64,000 nt of DNA, taken from contig JAMOQH010000172.1 in the NCBI GenBank assembly GCA_027064085.1, forward strand, positions 5,088 to 69,087, given 5' to 3'. The translations under genes and the position numbers were made by a program. Each line of letters starts with the position of its first letter. Within the stretch, counting starts at the first letter, position 1. Below, piece by piece: positions 10,951-21,282 of this stretch. This DNA comes from a bacterium (GTDB lineage: Bacteria > UBP6 > JAFGXH01). The notes beneath the pieces were generated by a model. It did no database searches and was not told where the DNA came from. It was given only the letters and a program-made list of their open reading frames with translations.

Positions 10951-12657
10951 ATGGTAAAAGATCGTATGGGTGAAATACTTTTAAGAAGTAATAAAATTAC
11001 AATGCAACAATTTCAAAAAGCTAAAAGTGAAAGCAGTAAAACAGGAGAATCTGTTACGGCTGCATTAATAAAAATGGGTAGTGTTAATGAAGACGAAATG
11101 GTTAAATTTGTTGCTAAAAAATATGGAATGCAAGTTTTTCCTTTAGAAAATTTTGAAATAGATGAAGACTTAAGAGAAATTGGTGTTGAAGAAAAGTTTT
11201 GTAGAGAGAATCAATTAATACCAGTATCAAGATCTGGCCAAACTCTTATTGTTGCAATGGCAGATCCTTCAAATTTAAGTGCTAAAGATGCTTTGGGATA
11301 TATGACGAATGGCTTGAAAATAAGTCCAACTGTTGCAAGTGCAAGAGTTATAAATGAGGCAATTGATGGCTTTTATGGTCAACAAGATAGCTTAGGTTCA
11401 ATGTTTGATGATTTAAATATGGACGATATTGATTTTGATAGTGGTGAAGATGATGATGAAGAGTTTTCAATACAAGCTGGTAATGAGGCACCTGTTGTTA
11501 AACTTGTAAATAAAGTTTTAACGGATGCTATCGTAAAAGGAGCGTCTGATATCCATATTGAGCCTTATGAAAAATCATATAGAGTTAGATATAGAATTGA
11601 CGGAGTCTTACAAGAAGTTCTAAGGCCTCCTAAGAAATTAAAAAATGCCATTACTTCAAGAATAAAAATTATGGCCGCTCTTGATATTGCAGAAAGAAGA
11701 ATTCCACAAGATGGTCGTATTAAATTAAAACTACCAAATGGAAAAGATATGGATTACCGTGTATCGGTTCTTCCTACTTTATTTGGAGAGAAGATAGTTC
11801 TTCGTTTATTAGATAAAGAAAATCTTAGATTAGATATGACTAAACTTGGTTTTGAGCAATTTCAATTTGAAATGTTTCTTGATGCGATTAATAAACCTTT
11901 TGGAATGGTTCTTGTTACGGGGCCAACGGGTAGTGGAAAAACTAATACCTTATACTCTGCTTTAAGTTCATTAAATAAAGTTGATGTTAATATTAGTACT
12001 GCAGAAGACCCAGTTGAGTTTAACCTTGATGGTGTTAATCAGGTTAACATGAATGAAGATGTTGGTTTGACTTTTGCTGCATCATTAAGGTCTTTTCTTA
12101 GGCAAGATCCAGATATTATTCTTGTTGGTGAGATAAGAGATTTTGAAACAGGTGAAATTGCAATTAAAGCTGCTTTGACTGGTCATATGGTTTTATCTAC
12201 TTTGCATACAAATGATGCTCCATCAACAGTTACTCGTTTATTGAATATGGGTATTGAATCATTTCTTGTAACAGCATCTTTAAACTTAGTTGTAGCTCAA
12301 AGGCTTGCAAGGAGAATTTGTTCAAATTGTGCTGCACAAGACCCTGATGTAACCAAAGAGCAACTTATTGAAATGGGGCTTAGTCCTGAAATGGCAGATG
12401 TTAGAAAAGTAAAAAAAGGTAAAGGTTGTAGTAAGTGTAACAATACTGGATTTAAAGGAAGGGTAGGTATTTATGAAGTAATGCCTATGGTAGAAGTAAT
12501 TAAAGAGGCTATTCTAAATGGTGTTTCATCAACAGAGTTAAAGCAAATTGCTATTGAAGAGGCGGGATTTAAATCAATGAGAGCCTCTGCGTTAAATAAA
12601 TTACTTGAGGGTGTAACTAGTGTTTCTGAAGTATTAAGAGTTTCAGCAGCAGATTAA
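10951..12657 (+). CDS. pilB: Type IV-A pilus assembly ATPase PilB
   Basis: MshEN-like N-terminus (RMGEILL), ASDIHIEP, Walker A GPTGSGKT, LRQDPDIILVGEIRD, tetracysteine motif. Confidence 0.95.
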   Translation: MVKDRMGEILLRSNKITMQQFQKAKSESSKTGESVTAALIKMGSVNEDEMVKFVAKKYGMQVFPLENFEIDEDLREIGVEEKFCRENQLIPVSRSGQTLIVAMADPSNLSAKDALGYMTNGLKISPTVASARVINEAIDGFYGQQDSLGSMFDDLNMDDIDFDSGEDDDEEFSIQAGNEAPVVKLVNKVLTDAIVKGASDIHIEPYEKSYRVRYRIDGVLQEVLRPPKKLKNAITSRIKIMAALDIAERRIPQDGRIKLKLPNGKDMDYRVSVLPTLFGEKIVLRLLDKENLRLDMTKLGFEQFQFEMFLDAINKPFGMVLVTGPTGSGKTNTLYSALSSLNKVDVNISTAEDPVEFNLDGVNQVNMNEDVGLTFAASLRSFLRQDPDIILVGEIRDFETGEIAIKAALTGHMVLSTLHTNDAPSTVTRLLNMGIESFLVTASLNLVVAQRLARRICSNCAAQDPDVTKEQLIEMGLSPEMADVRKVKKGKGCSKCNNTGFKGRVGIYEVMPMVEVIKEAILNGVSSTELKQIAIEEAGFKSMRASALNKLLEGVTSVSEVLRVSAAD

Positions 12658-12669
12658 TAAGGAGATATA

Positions 12670-13776
12670 ATGGCGGAAAGAACTAGTTTACAACAGTTAT
12701 TGAAAGTTATGGTTGAAAATGGAGCGAGTGATTTACACATTACTGTAAATTCACCACCCCAATATAGAATTAATGGCTCTCTTGTACCATTAAAGTTACC
12801 ACCTTTAACACATATTGAAACTCAAAGATTGGCTTATTCTATATTAAATGATGCTCAAAAACATAAATTTGAAGAAGAAAAAGAATTAGATTTATCTTTT
12901 ACGATTAAAGGATTAAGTAGATTTAGGGCAAATATATATAATCAAAGGGGAACGATTGCAGCTGCTTTTAGGTTAATTCCAACAACAATTAAATCATTTG
13001 AGGAGCTTGGACTTCCTGATATTCTTTCTGAGTTAGCTGCAAGGCCAAGAGGATTAGTTCTTGTTACTGGTCCTACAGGTAGTGGTAAATCAACTACTTT
13101 AGCCGCCATGATAGACAAAATAAATAGAGAAACTTCTTCACATATATTAACTCTTGAAGACCCAATAGAATTTGTTCATTCACATAAAATGTCAATTATA
13201 AATCAAAGAGAAATCGGTTCTGATACTTTTAGTTATGACAAAGCCTTAAAATATATTTTAAGGCAAGACCCTGATGTTGTTCTTATTGGTGAAATTAGAG
13301 ATAGAGAAACTATTGAAGCTGCATTGGAAATTTCAGAAACAGGTCACTTGTGTCTTGCTACCCTTCATACAAATTCTGCTGTTCAAACAATAACAAGAGT
13401 TGTTGATATGTTTCCTGCAGATAGGCATGACCAAATTCGTTCTCAGTTGTCATTTGTTCTTGAAGGAATAGTAACTCAGTTGTTAATGCCTAAGGAAGAT
13501 GGGAATGGTAGAATTGTTGCAACAGAAGTATTAATTCCAAATACTGGAATTAGGCATCAAATTAGAGAAAATAAAATGTCTCAAGTTTATAGTTCTATGC
13601 AGACAGGTCAAAATATTTCAGGAATGATAACTTTAAATCAAACTTTATATAATTTATATAAAAATAAACTTGTTAGCCTAGATGAAATATTAAATAAAAG
13701 TCCAGAGCCATTAGAATTAAAACAAATGTTGTCTAAGAAAATGGGAATTGCTTTTGATGAACTTAAGACAAATTAA
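12670..13776 (+). CDS. pilT: Type IV pilus retraction ATPase PilT
   Basis: ASDLHI, GPTGSGKSTT, TLEDPIEF, ETGHLCLATLHTNSA; the AIRNLIRE helix reads GIRHQIRE. Confidence 0.93.
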   Translation: MAERTSLQQLLKVMVENGASDLHITVNSPPQYRINGSLVPLKLPPLTHIETQRLAYSILNDAQKHKFEEEKELDLSFTIKGLSRFRANIYNQRGTIAAAFRLIPTTIKSFEELGLPDILSELAARPRGLVLVTGPTGSGKSTTLAAMIDKINRETSSHILTLEDPIEFVHSHKMSIINQREIGSDTFSYDKALKYILRQDPDVVLIGEIRDRETIEAALEISETGHLCLATLHTNSAVQTITRVVDMFPADRHDQIRSQLSFVLEGIVTQLLMPKEDGNGRIVATEVLIPNTGIRHQIRENKMSQVYSSMQTGQNISGMITLNQTLYNLYKNKLVSLDEILNKSPEPLELKQMLSKKMGIAFDELKTN

Positions 13777-15337
13777 TAATTTTTTTTCTCTTGAAAAATT
13801 AACAATTCAAACATTTTTAAGAATAATTTTTATAATTATAATCTTTATCTTTGATTTTATTTCAACAGAAACTAAAGATAATAATCTTATAGCTATAAAA
13901 ATTTCTTTTATATTGTTTACTATTACTGTATCTATTTTATTTGTATTACTTATTAGATATCATGAACGAAAAATCTTTTTATTATATTTACAAGTTTTTA
14001 TAGATTTGATTTTAACAACAGGAATAATATTTTTAATTCAAAAAACAAATTTTTTAATTACATTTTTATATCTATTAAGTATTACAAATGCCTCTATTGT
14101 TTTATTTAGGGCAGGGGCTTTTATTGCAGCAATATCTTCTACTATTTTGACTGTTACTGTTTATTACATAATGATGAGTTTAGAAATATTAACTATAGAT
14201 TATAGCTTTTTATTAAAAAATTCTATTTATAACATTATAACCTACTTTTCCTATGCAACAATTATTTCTATTTTAACAGAATCTTTAGCCAAAAAAGATG
14301 AATTAATATATAGAAGAGAAATAGAGTTAAATATTGAGAAGCAAATTAAAAATACTGTTATAGATAAAATGTATAGTGGTATTATTGTACTTGATAGAGA
14401 CTATAATGTTATTTTCATAAATGTTAAAGGATTAGAAGTTTTAAATATCTCTGAATATAAAGATTTAAAAATTAATGATTTGTTTAGTGATTTGATAAAT
14501 TTTGAAATAAATCAAAAACGAGAAATAAATTATAAGGATAGAATATTAGGAATAACAATAACTGATTTAATTGATGAAGAAAGCGATATAAAGGGAGTTT
14601 TGATTATTTTTAAAGATATCACTGAAGAGCTAAAATTAAAAGAAATAATCAGAAATCAAGAAAAGTTAGTTTATCTAGGTAAAATATCTGCTTCAATTGC
14701 TCATGAAATCAGAAATCCTCTTGCATCAATATCTGCATCTTTGCAAATAATTCCAAGATTTATAGATAAAAATCCTGATAAAATTAAAAAATTAACAAAT
14801 ATTGGTTTAAAAGAAATTAATAGATTGGACCTACTTATAGCTGATTTTTTAGATTATGCAAAAATTGATAAATTAAATATTGAAAAATTAGATTTACTAT
14901 TGGTCTTAAATGAAATAAGTGAGTTATATGAATTTAAAAATGGTGAAGATTTAATAATTAAGCTTAATGATTTAGAAGAGATTCTAATTAATGGAGATAA
15001 AAATAAATTAAAACAAGTTTTTATAAACTTAATCAAAAATGGGTTTGAAGCAATTGAAAATGAAAACAAGCAAATAATAATAGAATTATTAGAAAGTCGA
15101 AGTGAGTATATAATTATTATAAAAGATAATGGAGTTGGTATTGAAAAAGAAATAATAAAAAATATATTTGAACCATTTTTTACAACTAAAAAAACAGGTA
15201 CTGGTTTAGGCCTATCGTTGGTTAATAAATTTATTTCTTTACATCATGGTAGAATTAATATAAATTCTAAATTGGGTGAAGGCTCTGAGTTTATAATTAA
15301 TCTTCCCAAAATAAATATGGAGGAATATGATGAATAA
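13748..15337 (+). CDS. pilS: Membrane sensor histidine kinase, PilS-like (start uncertain)
   Basis: About 6 TM helices, PAS-like region, H-box AHEIRNPL, N/G boxes; lies between pilT and an NtrC-family regulator. Confidence 0.8.
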   Translation: MLLMNLRQINNFFSLEKLTIQTFLRIIFIIIIFIFDFISTETKDNNLIAIKISFILFTITVSILFVLLIRYHERKIFLLYLQVFIDLILTTGIIFLIQKTNFLITFLYLLSITNASIVLFRAGAFIAAISSTILTVTVYYIMMSLEILTIDYSFLLKNSIYNIITYFSYATIISILTESLAKKDELIYRREIELNIEKQIKNTVIDKMYSGIIVLDRDYNVIFINVKGLEVLNISEYKDLKINDLFSDLINFEINQKREINYKDRILGITITDLIDEESDIKGVLIIFKDITEELKLKEIIRNQEKLVYLGKISASIAHEIRNPLASISASLQIIPRFIDKNPDKIKKLTNIGLKEINRLDLLIADFLDYAKIDKLNIEKLDLLLVLNEISELYEFKNGEDLIIKLNDLEEILINGDKNKLKQVFINLIKNGFEAIENENKQIIIELLESRSEYIIIIKDNGVGIEKEIIKNIFEPFFTTKKTGTGLGLSLVNKFISLHHGRININSKLGEGSEFIINLPKINMEEYDE

Positions 15338-16718
15338 GAATCTCTTGATTATTGATGATGAAGAATCAATTCTTGATACCTTTTCTATATTTTTTGAATC
15401 TTTTGACTATAATGTTTATACCGCAGACAGCTATGATAAAGCAATAAATATCATTAAAACCAATGAGTTACAAGTAATTATTACGGATTTAAGGCTGGGA
15501 AATAAAAAATCAGGATTAGATATATTATCTTTTACTAAAAAGTTTAATGATAGTATACAAGTTATTCTAATTACGGCTTATGCATCTAAAGAGACGGCTT
15601 ATGAAGCAACAAAACAAGGAATATACGATTATATCATTAAACCAGTTAATTTAGATACATTAAATATAATAACCGAGAGAGCTATAAGGAAAAATTTATT
15701 ATTAAATAATATAAAAGAAACTGAAATAGATGAGAGTAATGAGGTTGATTACATTATAGGTGTTTCTAATAAAATAAAAGAAATAATAAAAATGTCTAAA
15801 AAAGTAGCTAAATCTAATGTAAGTGTATTAATTACAGGAGAAAGTGGTACGGGAAAAGAATTAATAGCAAAGTTAATTCATGAATTTAGTGATAGAAGTG
15901 ATAAATCTTTTTTACCATTAAACTGTTCCGCATTGCCCGAAAACTTAATTGAATCAGAGTTATTTGGTTATGATAAAGGTGCTTTTACTGGTGCAAATAA
16001 AAATAAAGATGGAATATTTATTGCTGCAAATAATGGAACTGTATTTCTTGATGAGATAGGAGAGTTGCCATTACAAGTACAGCCTAAATTATTAAGAGTT
16101 TTACAGAATCAGTATGTAAAAAAAGTTGGCTCTAATTTTGAAACTAAAGTTAATGTTAGAATTATTTCTGCAACAAATAGAGAATTAAGAAAAGAGATAG
16201 ATGAGAACAAATTTAGAGCGGATTTGTTTTATAGGTTAAATGTAATTAATATTGCTCTTCCTCCACTTAGAGAAAGAAAAGAAGATATTATTCCTTTAAC
16301 TGATTTCTTCATAAAAAAATTTACAAATAAATTTGGAGTAAACATAAAGGGAATTACTACAGAATTAAGGAAATATTTACTTAATTATAATTGGCCTGGA
16401 AATATTAGAGAATTGGAAAATCTTATTGAAAAATTAATTACTCTTGAAACAAATGAGTATTTAACTACTAAGTATATAGGAAATGAGAATATTAATGATT
16501 TTGAAGATATTAAAAGTGATATAACTACACAAATAAATAATGATGAGATTATTTTTCCTATAGAGTTAGATAAAATTGTAGAAAACTTAGAGAAGAAATA
16601 TATAAAATTAGCATTAGAGGAAACTAATGGAAAAAAACAAGAGGCTGCAAAGTTATTAGGAATTACTTTTAGATCTTTTAGGTATAGAATTTCTAAATAT
16701 AATATAGAAAAGGAATAA
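15330..16718 (+). CDS. pilR: Sigma54-dependent response regulator, PilR-like
   Basis: Receiver domain, GESGTGKE, GAFTGA loop, Fis-type HTH ending AAKLLGITFRSFRYR typical of PilR. Confidence 0.87.
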   Translation: MNKNLLIIDDEESILDTFSIFFESFDYNVYTADSYDKAINIIKTNELQVIITDLRLGNKKSGLDILSFTKKFNDSIQVILITAYASKETAYEATKQGIYDYIIKPVNLDTLNIITERAIRKNLLLNNIKETEIDESNEVDYIIGVSNKIKEIIKMSKKVAKSNVSVLITGESGTGKELIAKLIHEFSDRSDKSFLPLNCSALPENLIESELFGYDKGAFTGANKNKDGIFIAANNGTVFLDEIGELPLQVQPKLLRVLQNQYVKKVGSNFETKVNVRIISATNRELRKEIDENKFRADLFYRLNVINIALPPLRERKEDIIPLTDFFIKKFTNKFGVNIKGITTELRKYLLNYNWPGNIRELENLIEKLITLETNEYLTTKYIGNENINDFEDIKSDITTQINNDEIIFPIELDKIVENLEKKYIKLALEETNGKKQEAAKLLGITFRSFRYRISKYNIEKE

Positions 16719-16721
16719 ATC

Positions 16722-17015
16722 ATGAAAATAGAAAAAGAAGCATTGTTTGCTAGTTCAGTTGGAATTGAAATTGCTCTTTCAATTGGATTAGGTATGTTTT
16801 TAGGTTGGTGGTTGGATAAAAAATTTGATACTGAGCCATGGCTTTTTATATTATTTTTGTTTGCAGGGCTTGGTTCTGCAATAAAGGCAGTTATTAGAAT
16901 TATGAAAATGGTTGATATGCAAGATGAAACTAAAGAAGAGCTAACTAAACTTACTGATAATTCATTTCAATTAAACAAAAGTGATTTTAAAGAAGATGAT
17001 AATATTCCTGATTAA
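16722..17015 (+). CDS. AtpZ/AtpI-family (ATP synthase gene 1) small membrane protein
   Basis: Two TM helices with the GxxLGWWLDxxFxTxPW signature. Confidence 0.8.
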   Translation: MKIEKEALFASSVGIEIALSIGLGMFLGWWLDKKFDTEPWLFILFLFAGLGSAIKAVIRIMKMVDMQDETKEELTKLTDNSFQLNKSDFKEDDNIPD

Positions 17016-17037
17016 GATAGATAGTTATTTATATTTT

Positions 17038-17059
17038 CTCCACCCATAAAATGGGCGAG
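17038..17059 (+). terminator. Possible terminator hairpin
   Basis: ctc-ca-cccat-aaa-atggg-c-gag imperfect stem after the atpZ-like gene, followed by ttaatttt. Confidence 0.4.
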
Positions 17060-17136
17060 TTAATTTTGATTTAAATAAGATTTATTAACTTAATATTATT
17101 TTAGAATACATAAAAGTTTATATATTTTTTAATATA

Positions 17137-17165
17137 TTGACAATTTGCAATAATTATTTTAAAAT
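17137..17165 (+). promoter_or_regulatory. sigma70-type promoter
   Basis: TTGACA-N17-TAAAAT. Confidence 0.7.
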
Positions 17166-17191
17166 AGTTTGGTATTTTGGGACCTTTAATT

Positions 17192-18727
17192 TTGGAATAT
17201 AAACAAAAAAAGGATATTAAATTTAATATAATCATATCAATTCTTTTTGGAATGATTATTTCTTTTATTAATATCTCAGACAATATTATATATAAACTAA
17301 CTGATTTTAAGGTGGGAGATGTTTCTCCAATAAATTTATTAACACCTCCATTTTCAGGCTTAAAATCTTCTTTTTCTGCAAAAGCAACCAGAAATGAATT
17401 GTTTTGGCTTAAAGAGGGAGAAATAATAACTAAACATCATATAGATTCGTTAAAAATATTTTTTAAAGAGCCTATTCTTGAGTTTGTTGTATATACTTTT
17501 CTTATATCAATAATACTAATTTTCTTTTTAAGTTTTGTAAATATGTTAACAAAAAATAAAAAATTAATATTATTGTTTATTATTTTATCGATTTCAGTTT
17601 TTACAAAATTTACAACAACATATTCATCTATATCAATATATAGCTTTCCGTTTATTGGAATGTTAGGTTTAATGATGGTTTTCTTTGAGAAAAATTTTGT
17701 TAGAGCTTTAAATATTACTTTAGCATTTATTATTTCTATCATTTATAGTTTTAATCCTATTATACTGTTTTCTTTTGTCGTTTCGGGAGGATTTTCATTA
17801 TTTTTATATAAAAAAGATGAAAAGGAACTTGATTATGTTTTTCCTTTCATTCTTGGTAGTTTTTTATTGGTTTTAATTGTATCAATTTTTGATTTCTTTT
17901 TTTATATACCTATTTACACAGATTTAATCAATATTTCTTGGAGTTTAATTGCTCTGCCTGTATTATATATAACAATACAATTATTAAAGGTTTATAGTCC
18001 TTTTTTTAAAAAATATGATATTTTAAACTATTTAGATTTAGAACATCCCCTTTTAAAAATAATTAGAGAAAAGGCTTCTGGTACATGGCAACATAGTTTA
18101 GCTATGGCTAACATGGCAGAAACTGTTGCAAATGAAATTGGTGCTAATGGAATGCTCTGTAGAGCTGGAGCATATTTTCATGATATTGGTAAAACAAAAC
18201 ATCCTGAATATTTTATTGAAAATCAAGATGGGGAAAATCCTCATAACGCACTGTCTCCAACAGAATCAGCAAGAATGATTAAATTACATGTTACTGATGG
18301 CATGAAAATGGCAGAAGAATATATGCTTCCGGAATATATCTCTCAATTTATTGATAAGCATCATGGGACAACTATTTTGGAGTATTTCTATGAAAAGGCT
18401 GCATCTGTAGAAGGTGATACTATTGATATTGAAGATTTTAGATATCCTGGAAGAAAACCAGACAGTAAAGAAACTGCAATTTTAATGATTGTTGATGCTG
18501 TTGAAGCTGCGTCAAGAACTTTAATTGAACCAACTCAACAGGATATTGAAACACTTATTACAAGGATAGTATTTAGTAAATTATTATTCAATCAATTAAA
18601 TCAATCAGGTTTAACACTTACAGAACTGAGAAAAATTATTGTAACTTTAATCAACACATTAAAAAGTAATTCACACACTAGAGTAAAATATCCTTGGCAA
18701 ACTAAAAATATAAAAAAGGAGAATTGA
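17192..18727 (+). CDS. Membrane-bound HDIG/HD-domain phosphohydrolase (7TM-HD, PgpH-like)
   Basis: Multiple TM helices, then HPLL, GTWQHS, AGAYFHDIGK, HHGT, YPG.KP, DAVEAASR; TTG start chosen from the promoter and GGGA RBS. Confidence 0.85.
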   Translation: MEYKQKKDIKFNIIISILFGMIISFINISDNIIYKLTDFKVGDVSPINLLTPPFSGLKSSFSAKATRNELFWLKEGEIITKHHIDSLKIFFKEPILEFVVYTFLISIILIFFLSFVNMLTKNKKLILLFIILSISVFTKFTTTYSSISIYSFPFIGMLGLMMVFFEKNFVRALNITLAFIISIIYSFNPIILFSFVVSGGFSLFLYKKDEKELDYVFPFILGSFLLVLIVSIFDFFFYIPIYTDLINISWSLIALPVLYITIQLLKVYSPFFKKYDILNYLDLEHPLLKIIREKASGTWQHSLAMANMAETVANEIGANGMLCRAGAYFHDIGKTKHPEYFIENQDGENPHNALSPTESARMIKLHVTDGMKMAEEYMLPEYISQFIDKHHGTTILEYFYEKAASVEGDTIDIEDFRYPGRKPDSKETAILMIVDAVEAASRTLIEPTQQDIETLITRIVFSKLLFNQLNQSGLTLTELRKIIVTLINTLKSNSHTRVKYPWQTKNIKKEN

Positions 18728-19026
18728 TGTTTGGTATTGGGGGTGGAGAATTAATAATTATATTACTTATTGCATTTATTTTTATTGGGCCAGATAAATT
18801 TCCTAGTTTAGCTAAATCCTTTGGTAAAGGCTTAAAGAGCTTTAAAGATACTAGTTCTGAAATAAAAAAGACAATATATGAGGAAATGAAAGATACTGAT
18901 CTAGACAAAATAAATGTTGTTACAGATTTACAAGATGAAATTAAAAAGGCGAAAGAAGGCTTAAATCCAATAAATAAAGATCTTAATAAAACAATAGAAG
19001 ATGTGTTTAATGATAAGAAATCTTAG
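18727..19026 (+). CDS. tatB: Twin-arginine translocase TatA/TatB-family subunit (TatB-like)
   Basis: MFGIGGGELIIILLIAFIFIGPDKFP + amphipathic helix. Confidence 0.75.
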   Translation: MFGIGGGELIIILLIAFIFIGPDKFPSLAKSFGKGLKSFKDTSSEIKKTIYEEMKDTDLDKINVVTDLQDEIKKAKEGLNPINKDLNKTIEDVFNDKKS

Positions 19027-19035
19027 AGGTAAAAT

Positions 19036-20334
19036 ATGAAAATAACACCTGTATCTAATTCTGTACAATTATTAAAATTATTGATAGTTTTGTTTTTTCT
19101 ACCCGTTGTTTCTTTTTCTTATGAGAAAATGATTCATATTCATGTAAATAATTTAAATTCTTTTTATAAAAATATGAATAATAATAAAGTTTTTAATAAA
19201 GTTAATAAATCAAAAAATTGGAGTACTTTTAAGTATAGTAAGCTGTATGTTAGATTATTTGATGATATAAAAAAAATAGATTCAGATAATAAAATATTGA
19301 ATTTTAAAAATATTGAAAAATTACCAAATGGATCAATGGATTTTTATTTAATTAACATTGAGAAGGAAAATTTTATAGCTAAAATAAAGTTAGAAAAATC
19401 ACAAGTTGCAACATTAATAAATATTGACTTTGATAAACTTGAATCTACAATGTTTTTAGGAAAGAAAATCTATAAGTATCAAAAAATTCAATTAGTGTTA
19501 GATAATGATTATTTATATTTAAGTAATAATTTAAAGTATTTAAAAGCGTTTTTTGAAAATAAAAATAATTCTAATACAGATATTACCTTAAAGAATAAAT
19601 ATAAGAATTTTATTTATATAAATTTAAAAAAAATAAAAGGGACTCCTTATTTAAATAATTATTGGTTTACGAATTTAAAAGATTTTTCTAACTTTGAATC
19701 AATAATTGTTCAATTTAATTTAACTCAAACACTTTTTGAGGAAAATGGAATAATAAGTTTAAAAAATGAAGAAAATAATATGAAAAAATTAAAAATAATA
19801 GATAAAAAATTTAAAATTACACTATTTGATAGTAGAGGGAAATTTAGAATTTCTCCGTTTCTTAAAAATAAAAATATCAATATATATTCAGTTGTAAGTA
19901 ATGATTTTAAATCAAAAGTTTATCTTGCAAAATATATAGGCAAAAAATCATTTAAAGATTTTCTAAAAACAATATCTCCATCTGCGAAAATAATTAAAAA
20001 TGAATTACTTGAATATCATTATGGTCTTATGAATAGAAAAGTTGTTTATATAAAAATAATAGATAAAAATTTATTGTTTTCCAATAATATAAAATTGTTA
20101 AGCGATATAAAATTAAAAGAGAATAACAACTTATATCAGAAGATTGAAATATCCGATTTTAAAAATATATCAGAAGAATTATTGAAAATATCTAAACTAG
20201 ATAAGAATAATTATTCTTATAATAGCTTTTTAAAGAGCTATTTATTAAATTATATGAATATAAAATATTTTAAATATGATTCTAGTTTTAAAGATAACAA
20301 TAAATTAGAATTTAATACAAAAATAATATTTTAG
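19036..20334 (+). CDS. Hypothetical exported protein, Lys/Asn-rich
   Basis: 432-aa ORF with RBS and signal-peptide-like N-terminus; no motif recognised. Confidence 0.65.
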   Translation: MKITPVSNSVQLLKLLIVLFFLPVVSFSYEKMIHIHVNNLNSFYKNMNNNKVFNKVNKSKNWSTFKYSKLYVRLFDDIKKIDSDNKILNFKNIEKLPNGSMDFYLINIEKENFIAKIKLEKSQVATLINIDFDKLESTMFLGKKIYKYQKIQLVLDNDYLYLSNNLKYLKAFFENKNNSNTDITLKNKYKNFIYINLKKIKGTPYLNNYWFTNLKDFSNFESIIVQFNLTQTLFEENGIISLKNEENNMKKLKIIDKKFKITLFDSRGKFRISPFLKNKNINIYSVVSNDFKSKVYLAKYIGKKSFKDFLKTISPSAKIIKNELLEYHYGLMNRKVVYIKIIDKNLLFSNNIKLLSDIKLKENNNLYQKIEISDFKNISEELLKISKLDKNNYSYNSFLKSYLLNYMNIKYFKYDSSFKDNNKLEFNTKIIF

Positions 20335-20356
20335 TTTTATTAACCATTGACGATAA
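20330..20356 (+). promoter_or_regulatory. sigma28 (FliA)-type promoter of csrA-fliW
   Basis: TTTAGTTT-N11-GACGATAA versus consensus TAAAGTTT-N11-GCCGATAA. Confidence 0.6.
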
Positions 20357-20374
20357 TATGGGTAGGAGGACCTT

Positions 20375-20608
20375 ATGCTTACATTAAGCCGAAAACCAGG
20401 AGAGTCCATCCGTATCGGCAATGATATATTAATTATTGTTCAAGAGGTTAGAGGAAAGGTTGTTAAAATTAGTATTGAAGCTCCAGAAGATATGACTATA
20501 TATCGAGAGGAGCTATACAAGAGAATTGTTGCAGCAAATCTAGAATCAACCTCTTTATCAGATCTTGCCGACTTAGAAAAGGAATTAAAAGATTTACCTG
20601 ATTTTTAG
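20375..20608 (+). CDS. csrA: Carbon storage regulator CsrA
   Basis: MLTLSRKPGESIRIG..ISIEAP..IYREELY, with the C-terminal extension seen in FliW-regulated CsrA. Confidence 0.95.
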   Translation: MLTLSRKPGESIRIGNDILIIVQEVRGKVVKISIEAPEDMTIYREELYKRIVAANLESTSLSDLADLEKELKDLPDF

Positions 20609-20616
20609 GAGGTGTT

Positions 20617-21123
20617 ATGAGGGTATCAACGGTAAGATTTGGAGAAATAGAAATTAAAGATTCTGATTTAATTCATTTTCCTGGAGCTATATTAGGGTTT
20701 CCAGCATCTAAATCATATTTCATTATTGAGGCAGAGGATAGTGCTTTTTTTGCATGGTTACAATCTGTTCAAGAACCTGAATTATGTTTTGTTGTGACAG
20801 ACCCTTTTATTTTTAAAAAGGATTATAGTGTTAATTTAACAAATAAGGAAATAGAATCATTATCAATAAAAGAAGCAAATGAAATTAATATTTTATCCAT
20901 TGTTTCCATAAATTCTAGAAGTAATGGGCAAATAAATATAAACCTAATGGCTCCACTAGTTGTAAATGCCACAACAAGAGTTGGTTATCAGTTAATTAAA
21001 GAAGAATATACTCATCATCTAAGGTATAATATCAAGCCTATTTTAAGAAAGATGGCAGAGATTGAAGAAATGGATAGAAAAGCATTTGATAAAGCAGATG
21101 TTCAAAAGCAGGCTGTTAGTTAA
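20617..21123 (+). CDS. fliW: Flagellar assembly factor / CsrA antagonist FliW
   Basis: TVRFGEIEI, IHFPGAILGF, WLQS, VTDPF, NLMAPLVVN, GYQ. Confidence 0.92.
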   Translation: MRVSTVRFGEIEIKDSDLIHFPGAILGFPASKSYFIIEAEDSAFFAWLQSVQEPELCFVVTDPFIFKKDYSVNLTNKEIESLSIKEANEINILSIVSINSRSNGQININLMAPLVVNATTRVGYQLIKEEYTHHLRYNIKPILRKMAEIEEMDRKAFDKADVQKQAVS

Positions 21124-21227
21124 TTTATTTACTAGTTACACTATTCTTTATCTTACTTTGCTTAATAATGTTTAATTGTCTATAGTTAAAGAAATGCCGT
21201 GAATTACATAAAAAATCATTAGAAAAC

Positions 21228-21256
21228 TTGACAAAAACTATGAAGTCTTTTAATAT
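21228..21256 (+). promoter_or_regulatory. sigma70-type promoter
   Basis: TTGACA-N17-TAATAT upstream of the giant lipoprotein gene. Confidence 0.65.
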
Positions 21257-21282
21257 TATAAATTAAATGTTTGGGAGTATAC

